Assembly (NCBI GenBank): GCA_000004695.1
Contig: CM000155.2
Location: 768,001-832,000 of the forward strand
Reading direction: 5' to 3'
Length of the DNA: 64,000 nt
Origin: Dictyostelium discoideum
Lineage: Eukaryota
The notes beneath the pieces were generated by a model. The model did no database searches. It was given only the letters and a program-made list of their open reading frames with translations, and was not told the DNA's origin. Shown here piece by piece: positions 37,746 through 57,636 of this stretch. A program made the translations under genes and the position numbers. The first letter of the stretch is position 1, and every line of letters begins with the position of its first letter.

Positions 37746-37750
<5 letters not shown>
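36510..37750 (+). CDS. hao: FMN-dependent (S)-2-hydroxy-acid oxidase / glycolate oxidase (HAO family). Two exons: join(36510..37108,37183..37750), ~389 aa.
   Basis: [48 protein letters not shown] and TVDTPFLGKRTADFKNS|FKLPNGL match the glycolate oxidase 'RNRFKLPP' region. GIIVSNHGGRQLD and LDGGIRRGTDVLKALAFGA are the FMN/alpha-hydroxy-acid dehydrogenase active-site blocks. The donor is GTAAGT in phase 2 and the acceptor is TTTTATAG. Confidence 0.85.
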
Positions 37751-37782
<32 letters not shown>

Positions 37783-37832
37783 TAAAAAATTATAAATTAT
37801 AAATTTGTTTATTTTATTTATTTTATTTTGTT

Positions 37833-38834
37833 TTAATTATTTGAACATGAAGTTGGTAATTTATTTACAGGTAAACCCCATTCTGACCAAGAACCATCAT
37901 AAATTGGTGCTAATGGATAACCTAATTTATATAAACCTAAAGATAATACAGCGGCAGTTGTACCAGAACCACAAGTTGTAGCGATTTTAGAGGAAAGATC
38001 AACACCTTTTTCTTTGAATGTTGTTAAAACCTTATCATTTGGAATGAAACCACCATGACCACCATTTGCTACTGGTTCAATTAAATCTGTCCATGGAATA
38101 TTTAAAGAGTTTGGAATATGACCTCTAAGAAGACCTGGTCTTGGTTCATCAACTCTACCCCAGAATCTATCGGCTGAACGTGCATCAATGAGTTGATATT
38201 CTTTGCTTTGCAAATTGCTTAAAATATCTTGTTTATTCTTTACTAAATCATTATTGAATGTTGATTTATATGTTTTTGATTCATCGTTGTTTGAATTTTC
38301 GATTGGACCTGATTGAACTGGATAACCTTCTCTTTCCCATGCTGGTAGACCACCTTCCAATAAACTAACTTTTGATGCAGAATGACCAAATATTAAAAAT
38401 GTCCACCAAACACGTGCTGATGCAACATATTGAGCACGCGTATCATAGATGATAATATGATCATCGTTGGTGATTCCTAAACGTTTCATCTCTTTTTCAA
38501 ATACTTGTTCACTTGGTAAATTGTGTGGTAATGATACAGTTTTGTCACAAATTTCATCGATATCGAATAATTTGGCTGATTTTATATGTTTATCTACAAA
38601 TTCTTTTCTTGGATCTCTCTTTTCATGTGCCATAAACCAACTTGCATCTACAATCTTTACATTGTTTTGGTTCTCTTTTAACCATTTTGGTGAAACAAAT
38701 AATTTTGATCTATCACCAACATTTGTCATTTTACTACTGAAATATCTATTGATTTGATTAACTTTTGAAAATTTTGAAATATTATTTGATGTTACTGAAG
38801 ATTTATTAATATTAATAATTAAACTCTTTAACAT
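37833..38834 (-). CDS. mpst: 3-mercaptopyruvate sulfurtransferase / rhodanese (two rhodanese domains), mitochondrial presequence, 333 aa, single exon.
   Basis: Tandem rhodanese domains. The active-site loop TCGSGTTAAVL is the MPST-type CG[ST]G motif rather than the TST-type CRKG. The N-terminus MLKSLIININKSS...RYFSS looks like a targeting sequence. Confidence 0.8.
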   Translation of the reverse strand: MLKSLIININKSSVTSNNISKFSKVNQINRYFSSKMTNVGDRSKLFVSPKWLKENQNNVKIVDASWFMAHEKRDPRKEFVDKHIKSAKLFDIDEICDKTVSLPHNLPSEQVFEKEMKRLGITNDDHIIIYDTRAQYVASARVWWTFLIFGHSASKVSLLEGGLPAWEREGYPVQSGPIENSNNDESKTYKSTFNNDLVKNKQDILSNLQSKEYQLIDARSADRFWGRVDEPRPGLLRGHIPNSLNIPWTDLIEPVANGGHGGFIPNDKVLTTFKEKGVDLSSKIATTCGSGTTAAVLSLGLYKLGYPLAPIYDGSWSEWGLPVNKLPTSCSNN

Positions 38835-39117
38835 TGTGTGATGGATTATAGAAAAAAAAAAAAATAAAAAATAAAAATTAAAAAAAAATAAAAAAATAAA
38901 AAAATAAAAAAATTAATTAAAAAAAGTGATTTTCAGCGATTTTTTATTTTTTTTATATTTTAAATTTAAATAAACCAATTTAATTCCAAAACATTTTTAT
39001 ATTTTTATTAAGTTATTTTATTTTCCAAATATGTGGATTTAAATTTATTTCCTATAGCAATTTTTTATTTCAAACATTTTTTTTTATTAGTTTGAAAAAA
39101 AAAAAAGTATAAAAACG

Positions 39118-39163
<46 letters not shown>

Positions 39164-40064
39164 TATTATTTTTTTTTGCTTTTCAAATTTTTAAAAGTCG
39201 ATTTATCAGCTGTTCGATTCAATCCAACCAAGTTTCAAATTCACATCCATTCCTAAATGAGATATTTATCTCAATAATGAATGAATTATGTAAAATGACC
39301 AACTTTACAATCTTCAAATAATAAATAATCAATTTTTAAAAAATAACTTCTAATAATTAGAAGATTTTTTATTATCAAAGAATTATTTTCTTCAATTTTT
39401 AAATTAAAAAACTTTTTAAAATAATAAATATAAATAGATGAAATTAGTATTATTATACTTTTTTTTTTTTTTTGGATATTCTGCTCAATTTTTTAGCTCT
39501 TTATATCATATCAAATTCAAAAATTAATTATAATAATAAAAAAAAAAAAAAATTAAATAAAAATGGAAAGTTAATTAGAAAGAATATTTGTAATACCATT
39601 ACCACTCCAAAATATTATAACTTATTTTATTTTTATTTTTATTTTTAATTTTTATTTTTTATTTTTTTTTTTGGATAGTAAAAATATTTATTGCTACGAG
39701 TGGGTGAGACTATGGTGGGTGTTTTTATTCATATCAATTTTATTTTTTATTTATAGTGTCGCGGTACCACCTTTTTTAATAACTACCCCCTATTAAGTTT
39801 TTTATTTTTTAAAAAAAAAAAATTGTATTCTCAAAGAATATTATTCAATTAAAAAAAAAAAATATTTAATACATTTTTTAATTCATTTTTGGTGATCGTT
39901 TACCCCAACATCATACCAATATTGTAAAAATACAATTAATAATTTAATTTATTATTTTTTTAATTTAAAAATATTTTTTTTATTTTTTTTATTTAATATT
40001 GATTGTAAAAAAAAAAAAATTTTTTAATTTGGCTATTTTATTAAAATTTACTAATCATATAAAT

Positions 40065-40329
40065 ATGAAAACTAGAATATTATTATTGTTTTTATTGCTT
40101 TCCATTTTATTAAATGTATCATTTTCTTTGGTAAATATTGAATTTAATTTTTTTTCTGAAAAAAAAAAAAAAAAAAAAAATATTCACAATTATTATATTT
40201 ATAAATTTAGGATGAAACCAAGAATATAGAAAATAATCTTGCTGCTGAATTAATACCAGATATTGTAAATTTTAATTAGATTTGATAAATTGGTTTTTAA
40301 ATAAAAAAAAAACTAATATCTAATAATTT

Positions 40330-40367
<38 letters not shown>

Positions 40368-42230
40368 TATTAGGGAGAAAAAAATAATAATAATAATTTA
40401 GAATTAGTAGGGTTAAATGAAAATGAAAAACAAAAAACTGAAAATGTTGAAGAAATTTCAAATGTTGTCAGAGAGAAACAAGTTGAAAATAAACCAGATG
40501 TTGAATATGAATTCCATCAAATTTCATTAGAAGATAATTTAAAGAAAATTATTAATGATATTGTCTCAATTTCCAATAGAAATAGAGAACAAGATATTAC
40601 AAGCTTATTAAACTATATATTTAATGTTAAACCAAAATCTGAAGATTTTAAAGAATATAATGGAAAACAAAGTAAATTCCAACAAATGGTAAACTACTTC
40701 CAATCATTCGATGAAATTATCAAGCAACATCAATTTGAAATTGACCAAGACCAAGTACGTCTTTTAGCTCATGATTTCACCAAAGCCTACTCTAGTGTAT
40801 TTGAATTGGATAATGATGAAAATCTTCAATTTGAAGACAACCTCACCAATTTCCTTTATTTATCAGTTCAAAAATTCTTATCAAGTTTTGGTCTCCCAGA
40901 ATATAAACCACATTTTGAAAGATCAAATCTACTTGAAAGAGATGTCCATAGATATGTCTCACACCCAGATGTCTCCTACTGGTCAAATGATAATGTTGAA
41001 AAGATTGCCAAGGCTTCTACCCTAACTGAAAACAATATTCAAGATATTTCAAAAGCAATCGTTCAATTATCAGAAGGTGAATCAAAATACTTTAAAAATG
41101 TAATGGAAATATTAGATATCCAAAACGCACCAAATCGTCAAAAAGTTGCCAATATCTCTTCAATTCTTAAAACCGCTTTACGTATTATGTATTCAATGAT
41201 TTCAAAACTCCAAACCAATGTTGATAATATTGATAATAATGAAAATATTGATAATACTGATAATATTAATAATGATAATGTAGTTGCAAAATATCCAACA
41301 TGGATTAATGAAGAATATATTAAAGATGTTGATAGTGTTTCTAAAGCTAGTGAATTGTTTAATCCAAGAACCATTGTCGCATTTAATAAATTATTTATTA
41401 GAAATAATGATCCAATTTCAAAATATGATCAAGAGTCATTAACTCATCAATTTGTTGATTTGGCTTATTCAATACTCTATGGTAGACAACAAAAATATGA
41501 AGAATTTGCTGAAAAAGGTAAAACAGCTTCAGATACAAACATTGATCCAATAATACTTAATCGTATCATTTCAATGGTTGATAACGTTCAAGAAGTTTCT
41601 CAACAAGAAAATAGTCAAGGTTACTTATTACGTGCTGCTCGTGCATTCTTTAATTTATTCCATATTCGTGAAAATTATGATGCATTAATGAATGCTTTTG
41701 AACAAGAACAAGAAGAACAAATAAATAACATTAATAATAATAATAATGAAAATACCCAACAACAAGAAGAACAACAAAATGATGAAAATAATCAACAAAC
41801 AAAACAACAAAAACAAGCATCATCAAATATTCAATATATTGCTCATAGAGTAAATAAAATAATTCAAGAGAATACAAATATTGATCAAGGTGATGAAACT
41901 AAAAGAAATGAAAATGTTTTTAGAATTCTTTACAACATTTATCTTCACTATTATGGTTTGGAAGATGAAAACCAATTAGAATCAAATAGAAAAGTTTCAA
42001 ATAAAAAAATTGAAAATGAAAATCCAGAAGTTTCATTCATTAGAGAAATCGTTCCATCCTTATCTGAAAATGATGTTGTTGATATTCTTGAAGAAATTGA
42101 TAGAGTAGCTGATCAATTAGGTTACAAAAGTACAAAAATTGATGATATTGATGAAAATGATGAACTAAATAATAATGCTGGGGAAACTAGAGATTTAGGT
42201 GATTTCCAATATCAAGAAAATGAAATTTAA
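40065..42230 (+). CDS. Predicted secreted Asn/Glu/Gln-rich protein of unknown function, ~659 aa. Three exons: join(40065..40130,40211..40264,40374..42230).
   Basis: Exon 1 encodes a textbook signal peptide, MKTRILLLFLLLSILLNVSFSL, with a GTAAAT donor. An 18-codon micro-exon DETKNIENNLAAELIPDI follows. The ATTAG acceptor at 40372-73 continues in frame (GEKNNNNNLELVGLNENEKQ...) into ORF 40686..42230. All junctions are phase 0. No domain recognised. Confidence 0.55.
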
Positions 42231-42430
42231 TCAATCATCTCTTCTAAAATAAAAAAATAAAACAAAATAAAATAAAATTTATAAAATATATATAAATATA
42301 TGAATGGACTGGTTATTTATAGATTTTTTTTTTTTTTTTTTATAAATTATTTTTTTTATTTTTTTTTTTTATTTGTTTTTTTTTATTTGTTTTTTTTTTA
42401 TTTTTTTTATTTTAAAATTAAATTAATTGG

Positions 42431-43244
42431 TTAATTGGCTTTTGAAGTGTTTTCATTTACTGAAACATTTTCATTACTTGAAGTTAAACTATTTGAACCA
42501 CTATTATTTAAATTATCAGATTTTGATGTTGAATTTGGTAAAGATTGTTGTTGTTGTTGTTGTTGTTGGGTTTGATTTGTATTTACATTATTACCACTAT
42601 TAGCTAAAAGGTTTAAATTATTACTTGAACTATTCGAATTTGATTTATAGAAAGGGGTGGTGGTTGCGGTGGCGGTGGTTGAATTGGTTGAACCTGCTAA
42701 AGATGATAAAGAAGTTGAAGAAGAGGATGGAGTGATGGTTGGAGTTGTGTTATGGGAAGAGAAAGTGCTGTGAGATTGGTAACGAATATTTAATTTATTT
42801 AAATCTGCACCTTGACAACCTTGAGCGATTGTATTCATAATGTTGATTTTCAATTGTTCTATATTCTTTTCGTTTGAACAATCTTTATTCCAAATTGCTA
42901 TTCTCTCTGCTTGATCACGTTTACTTAAAACAACACCACAAATATCTCTATCGATATCGATGGTTTCACCAACGACACCCAATACAATATCCTCCCAAAT
43001 TAAATCGACATTAAATATGAATCTAGTACTCTTTTGAAAATTAATTACCCATTTTCCACCTTTAATATTCTCTGGATCTTCCCATGTTGGACTAATTCCA
43101 CTCTTAAATAAATGATAGGTTGTATCTGCTTGCATTTTTGATGGTCTTTGTAATTGATGATAATATCCCCAAAAATCTTCAACCTAAAAAAAAAAAAAAA
43201 AAAATTCATTTTATTTTTAATTATTATTATTATTATTATTATTA

Positions 43245-43317
<73 letters not shown>

Positions 43318-43761
43318 AAAAAAAAAAAAAAAAAAATTGTTAATACCAAATTTTTATTATAATAAAATTTTTTGGACAATCGGTAGTTGATCTTTGATCC
43401 AGATATTTTTTTTTTTTTTTTTTTTTTTTTCAATTTTTCTGAATTTTTTTCAAATTTTTCAAATTTTTTTATTTTTATACACATGATCGTTTTTTTTTTT
43501 TTTTTTATAATAAAATGTTAAAGCCAAAAAAAAATTTTCAGCGATAATATTTTATTTTGAATTAATACATACTGATGAGAATGAACCTATATTTGTTAAA
43601 GTTGATAAATAATCTTGATGTGATGTTGCTGTATTTGATTGATATTGTTTTTTATCTGTGAAAAGTGTCCATGTTGCATCTAATTGATGAACAGGAGGAG
43701 TTTGATTACTCTTTGCTTGAATTTCCATTTGATCGGTATATGATAATCCTTGTTGATTCAT
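42431..43761 (-). CDS. Translation initiation factor eIF4E-family cap-binding protein, class II (4EHP/eIF4E2-like), ~314 aa. Two exons: join(43573..43761,42431..43183) on the minus strand.
   Basis: Exon 1: MNQQGLSYTDQMEIQAKSNQTPPVHQLDATWTLFTDKKQYQSNTATSHQDYLSTLTNIGSFSS, with a phase-0 GTATGT donor. A ~390-nt intron holds an (ATT)n tract. Exon 2: VEDFWGYYHQLQRPSKMQADTTYHLFKSGISPTWEDPENIKGGKWVINF...RIAIWNKD..., collinear with eIF4E (RWALWF...ISKFDTVEDFW...DYSLFKDGIEPMWED..GGRW). The Trp43/46/56 equivalents are W/F/Y, and GGKW replaces GGRW, as in 4EHP. A ~100-aa Ser/Thr/Asn/Gln-rich C-terminal tail follows. Confidence 0.75.
43221..43318. repeat. (ATT)n microsatellite inside the intron of the eIF4E-like gene.
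   Basis: Direct reading. The tract lies between the exons at 43573..43761 and 42431..43183. ORFs 43120..43362(+) and 43242..43484(-) are poly-Ile artefacts of it. Confidence 0.9.
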
Positions 43762-44097
43762 TTTTGTTTTTGTTGTTTTTGTTTTTTATTTATAAGTGTA
43801 TGGGTTTGGTATGTATGTGGTATGAGAGGGAGAGGAGAAGTAGAAGAAGAGAAGAGAAAGAAAAAAAAAAGCGATTGGTTATATAATATATATATATAGT
43901 GAGTGTGAAATTTGATAAATATAAATAATTGATTATTTATTTTTCGAAATTATTTTATAATATACAAAATAATATATATAAGTTTATTTTATTATGCGCT
44001 TAATAAATTATTGTTTTTTTTTTTTTTTTATGTATAAATATATTTATATGCGAATGCGTGCTCGCTAATTTTGAAATATTTTAAAAACCAAACAGTT

Positions 44098-44134
<37 letters not shown>

Positions 44135-44337
44135 TTTTTTTTTTTTTGTTTTTTTTTTTATTTTTTTTTTTTTTTTAAATTTTTTTTTTTTTTTTTTTTT
44201 TCACTTGAACTTCTTTTTTCAAAAATTAAAAAAAAAAAAAAAAAAAAATTTAAGTGCAAGCTTCTATTTTTTTATTTTTTTATCTTGATTGCAAACACCA
44301 ACCAAAATCATAAATTCTATTATAGAACTCAATAATT

Positions 44338-47402
<3,065 letters not shown>

Positions 47403-47671
47403 ATAATAGTAGTAATAATAATAATTTATTTAATTAAAAACACCACAATTAGAAATGTTTGATTTTTTTATTTTTTATTTTTTTTTTTATTATTTTATAA
47501 TTTTTACTAAAATCATTGATCATTTTAAAATCAAGATTTAGTAAATTTTTTTTGTTATTAATATTATTCTATTAATTATTTCGATCTAAAATATAAATAT
47601 ATACATAAATATATTTTTTTTTTTTTTGTTTTGTTTTTTTTTTGTTTTTTTTTTGTTTTTTTTTGTTTTTT

Positions 47672-51063
<3,392 letters not shown>

Positions 51064-51261
51064 CTCTTTTTTTTTTTTTTATTTATTAATTTATTTATTT
51101 ATTAATTTATTTATTTATTTATTTATTTATTTGTTTATATATATATAAAAAAAAAAAAAAACGAGGGTGGATGAAGATGATAAAAAAAAAAAAAAAAAAA
51201 TAAAAAAAAATTTTGAATTTATAAAAAAAAAAATTTCATTTGTAAAATTTTTTTCTGTGGG

Positions 51262-51274
51262 ATTGGCGCCAAAT
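51262..51274. promoter_or_regulatory. E2F-type motif ATTGGCGCCAAAT ~200 bp upstream of the exportin-2 (cse1) start, next to a TATAAATA element.
   Basis: It has the same GGCGCCAA core as at 12900/12943. The TATA-like ctataaataaaaat follows at 51276-51289. Confidence 0.4.
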
Positions 51275-51812
51275 GACTATAAATAAAAATAAAAATTAAA
51301 AAAAGGAGAAAGAAGAAAAAACTAACCTAAAAAATAACAATTTTGGATAAAAAAAAAAAAATAAATAAAAAATAAAAAATATAAATAGAGATATTATTTA
51401 TTTATTTATTAATTTTTTTTTGTTTACTATTATTTTTTTTTGGTAACAATTAGATCCACATTTTCAATGGTTTTTTTTTTTTTTTTTTTTTTTTTTTTGT
51501 TTAGGGTCTAAATTTCAAGTTGTTAATTTGTATTATATTTTGAGTCCACTCTCCAATCATTTTCAAATAAAAACATTGGTGAATTTTTTTTTAATTTTTT
51601 TTTTTTTTTTTTTTTTTCTCCTAACTGAAAAAAAAAAAAAAAACACAAAATATCTTTTTATTTTTTTATTTTTTTTTTATTTTTTTTTTTGTTAAAAATA
51701 AAGTAATTTTGGTTGTATTTTTAAAAGTGACTTGTAAAATTAAAAAAATAAAATAAAATAAAATAATATAGTAATAATAATAAAATAAAGAATAAAAAAA
51801 AAAATAAAAAAA

Positions 51813-54073
<2,261 letters not shown>

Positions 54074-54399
54074 ATTAATTTTAAAATTATAATAATTTAA
54101 TTATTTTAAAAAAAAAAAAAAAATCTATATTTATATATAAACAATAAACCTCTTTTGTAAAAACATCCAAAAAAAAAAAAAAAAAAAAAAAAAAATAAAA
54201 ATAAAAATAAAATAATATAAATATATATTTTTTTTTTTAATATAAAAGAACATTTTATTTAAAGGAAATTAATTTTTAAATATTTATAATTGGAGAATGT
54301 ATAGTTATTATTAATTATTATTATTATTATTATTATTTTTTTACTTTTGAAGATAGAAAGAGAGAGAATTTACAATAATTTTAAAAAATAAAAAAAAAA

Positions 54400-54434
<35 letters not shown>

Positions 54435-54586
54435 CCAAGGAAAGGGTATTAATTACAATATGGACATTTTTTTTTTTTTTTTTCTTTGTTTTTTTTTTTT
54501 TTTAGAATAATTTTCTTTGAAGTCTATATAATGTAGATGTTGAACGCTAAATTAAATTATTAAAGTGATTAGTATAAGTAATATTT

Positions 54587-55633
54587 TTATTTTAAAAAAA
54601 AAAAAAAAAAAAAACTTACTTTTAAAGTTATAACAGATTGTAATTTATCATATTTTAAAAGTGATTGAATTGTAATTCTTTTTGTATGATCAGGATTCAT
54701 CATTAAAATGATTAAATCTTTTAGATCTTGAGAGATTGAATCATCATTTTCGGGAAAAGGTATCTTACCTTCACGTAAATTTCTCCACCATTGACCTTTT
54801 TGAGGAAGGTTATAATTGGTTGCCATTTCATAAAGTGTTATACCTAAACTAAAGATATCAGCAGATGGTGTATGAATATCATTTAATAATTCAGGAGCCA
54901 TATAGATTTGGTCACCTTCAGAATCATCACCACCCGTTGTTGTACTGCAAACGCCGAAATCACCAATTTTTAAAACTCCATCATTTGAAAAAAGTAAATT
55001 CTCAGGCTTGATATCTAAATGCATTATACCCTTTTCATGCACATGTGATAGACCATTGGCGATATCGCAAAGGTATTGCCAAATCATGTATTCGGGTAGC
55101 TTGCCAAGACCACCCTCCTCCTGAACTGCTAAATTCAGGGCATCCTTTAGGTTGCCACGCTCGCATAGCTCCATTTGTATGAAAATGTGTCCGCCCTCTT
55201 CCCATGCACACATCACCTGTGCTATATTATTGTGGTGGCCTAGTTTCATGCCGTTTTCAATCTCTTGAATGTGTTGATTTCTTTCAGAGGTTTCCCAAAT
55301 TGGTTTCTTTGATTTCTTGACTGCATACAAACGACCATCCACAAAACTACGTGCTTTATAAACTTTTGCAAAACTTCCCTCTCCAATTTGATTGATATAT
55401 TCGAAATGGGAACTACAAGATTTGGTTCTCTTCTTTTGTGTTAAAAATTGTACACCTGCTTGATTCTTTGTTGGTGTACGTAGTGGAGTTTTCGTTGGTG
55501 TCTTTGGACAAACTTTTGGTGTTCTTGGTGTTTCTGGTGATCTATTCTCATTATTTTCATCTTCATTCTTTTGTTTCTTTGATACTAATTCACTTTTATC
55601 TTCAAATGCACTTTGATCTGGTAGAGGTCTCAT
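54587..55633 (-). CDS. Wee1-family protein kinase with a Myt1 (PKMYT1)-type signature, at least 348 aa. A possible extra 3' micro-exon lies at about 54497..54541.
   Basis: The kinase domain matches human Myt1 block for block. [35 protein letters not shown] corresponds to Myt1 [44 protein letters not shown] corresponds to QAWEEGGILYLQTELC. The other blocks are [30 protein letters not shown] (Myt1 EGDPRYMAPELL), [12 protein letters not shown] and NPDHTKRIT. The ORF ends at a GTAAGT donor right after ...SVITLK. A phase-0 TTTAG acceptor about 50 nt downstream would add RSTSTLYRLQRKLF*, but that is unproven. Confidence 0.8.
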   Translation of the reverse strand: [348 protein letters not shown]

Positions 55634-55660
55634 TTTATTTATTTTGATTTATTTATATAT

Positions 55661-55715
<55 letters not shown>

Positions 55716-55856
55716 TTATTATTTACCCTAAATTTAAAATAACTATTTTTAGAAAAAAAAAAATAAAAAATAAAAAAGATTGGTATTGATATTAATATTA
55801 ATTTATTTGGAAAAATAAAATAAAATTAAAAAATTGTTGATTAGAGGAGAAAAGAG

Positions 55857-55915
<59 letters not shown>

Positions 55916-57224
55916 GAAAGGTTTATTACTAACCTATTTATTTAATATAAAATTTATAATAAAAAAAAAAAATTTAAAATAAAAAAAAAAAAAATAAAAA
56001 AAAAAATTTGCAAATTAAAAATAAATTAAAATTTTTGATTGGTAAATTATGTTTATTTTTATATTTTTTCTAATTTTTTTTCTAATTTTTTTTTAATTTC
56101 CTGGAAGTGAATCTCAAATATGTGGTGGTACTTTTTTTTTTTTTTATTTATGAGAAAAAAACATTTAAGTACATACACAATATCTTTTTGGATATTTTTT
56201 AAAAGTTAATTAAAAAAAAAAGAAGGAAATAGGGAAAAAAAAAAAATAATAAATGTTTTATAGCTATTTCTTTTTTATTTGTTTTAAATTTTTATTTATT
56301 TTTATTTATTTATTTTTGTTTTTGTTTTTGTTTTTGTTTTTGTTTTTGTTTTTGTTTTTGTTTTTGTTTTTGTTTTTGATAAAAAAAAAAAAAAAAAATC
56401 TTTTTGGGTTATTGTAATGAAATTTAAAAATAAAAACCCCTTTTATTGCGATTATTTAATAATAATAAAAAAAAAAAAAAAAAAAAATTAAATTATTGAA
56501 CAATTGTTGAATTGTTTTTTTTTTTGTTTTTTTTTTTTTTAAAAAATAATTAAAAAAAAAAAAGAAAAAAAAAAAAAAAAAAAAAAAAAACACTGTTTAA
56601 TCTGGTGGCCAAAAGAAAATATAACTAAAAAAAAAAAAAAAAAGGCGGGAACTTGTGAATTGAGGAGTGATGGTGATATGATATGATATGATATGTCATG
56701 ATTTTATTTTTTGGATTGGGTGTATGTAGTTTTTGAATTTTAATTTTATTATCTTTTTTTTTATTTTTTTTTTTTTTTTTGTGTTTGCATATATGAAACT
56801 ATTATTTTTTATTATTTTACTTATTATTAATTTATTATCATTATTTTTTTTTTATTTTTTTTTTTTTTTTATTATTTTATTTATTATTAAAGAAAAAGAA
56901 AAAATAATAATAATAATAATAAAAAAAAAAAGATTTATTTATTTTTACTTTACCTAAAATGTTTAAATTATTTTTAACTTGATAGTGAATGTGTGTGTGT
57001 ATGTGTGTATGTGTGTATGAGATTAATTAAAATGAAATTTTATTGAATATATATATAAAATAAAGTAATAAAGTTGTGAATATTTATTTGATTTTTGTAA
57101 CCGTTATAATTGTTGTTGAAAAAATAAAATTAAAAAAAAAAAAAAAAAAAAAAATAAAAAAAATGTGGAAGGATTTTTTTTTTGAATTTGAAAATAAAAT
57201 ATTTTTTTAATTTTTTTAACAGCT

Positions 57225-57246
57225 TTTGGCGGGAATTTTCGCGAAT
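57225..57246. promoter_or_regulatory. Tandem E2F-type motifs TTTTGGCGGGAA + TTTTCGCGAA in the intergenic region between the Myt1-like kinase gene and wdr92 (~700 bp upstream of wdr92).
   Basis: TTTGGCGGGAA is the classical E2F site sequence and TTTCGCG is the E2F half-site core. A further GGCGGGAAC lies at 56642-56650. Confidence 0.4.
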
Positions 57247-57419
57247 GGGAAAATGATTTGTTTTTTTTTAATTTTTTCAAAAAAAAAAAAATTAATAAAA
57301 AAAAGGAATGAATCTATGTGCCAAAAATATTTGGAAAAATAGAATCTAGATTAAATATTATTATAAAAAATTGAAAATTTGAATGAATTTAAAACTGATT
57401 AAAGGCGATAAAAATAGTT

Positions 57420-57462
<43 letters not shown>

Positions 57463-57605
57463 AATTTGAGGAGTTTTCCTATTAATTTTAAAAACTCTTA
57501 TCAACAAACAATTAGGAATTTTTTTTCTTTTTTTCCTTTTTATTTTTTTATTTAATGACTAAATTCAAAAATTGCAGGGTCATGTTTATATTATATATTA
57601 TTTTT

Positions 57606-57636
<31 letters not shown>

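Noticed and set aside
39690-39800. GC-containing islands (39701-39790 gctacgagtgggtgagactatggtgggtg...gtgtcgcggtaccacc; 62690-62710; 56640-56700) checked as possible tRNA or other small RNA genes.
   Set aside because: No cloverleaf pairing and no GTTCRANYC T-loop / A-box-B-box spacing could be found. I detect no tRNA gene anywhere in the window by eye.
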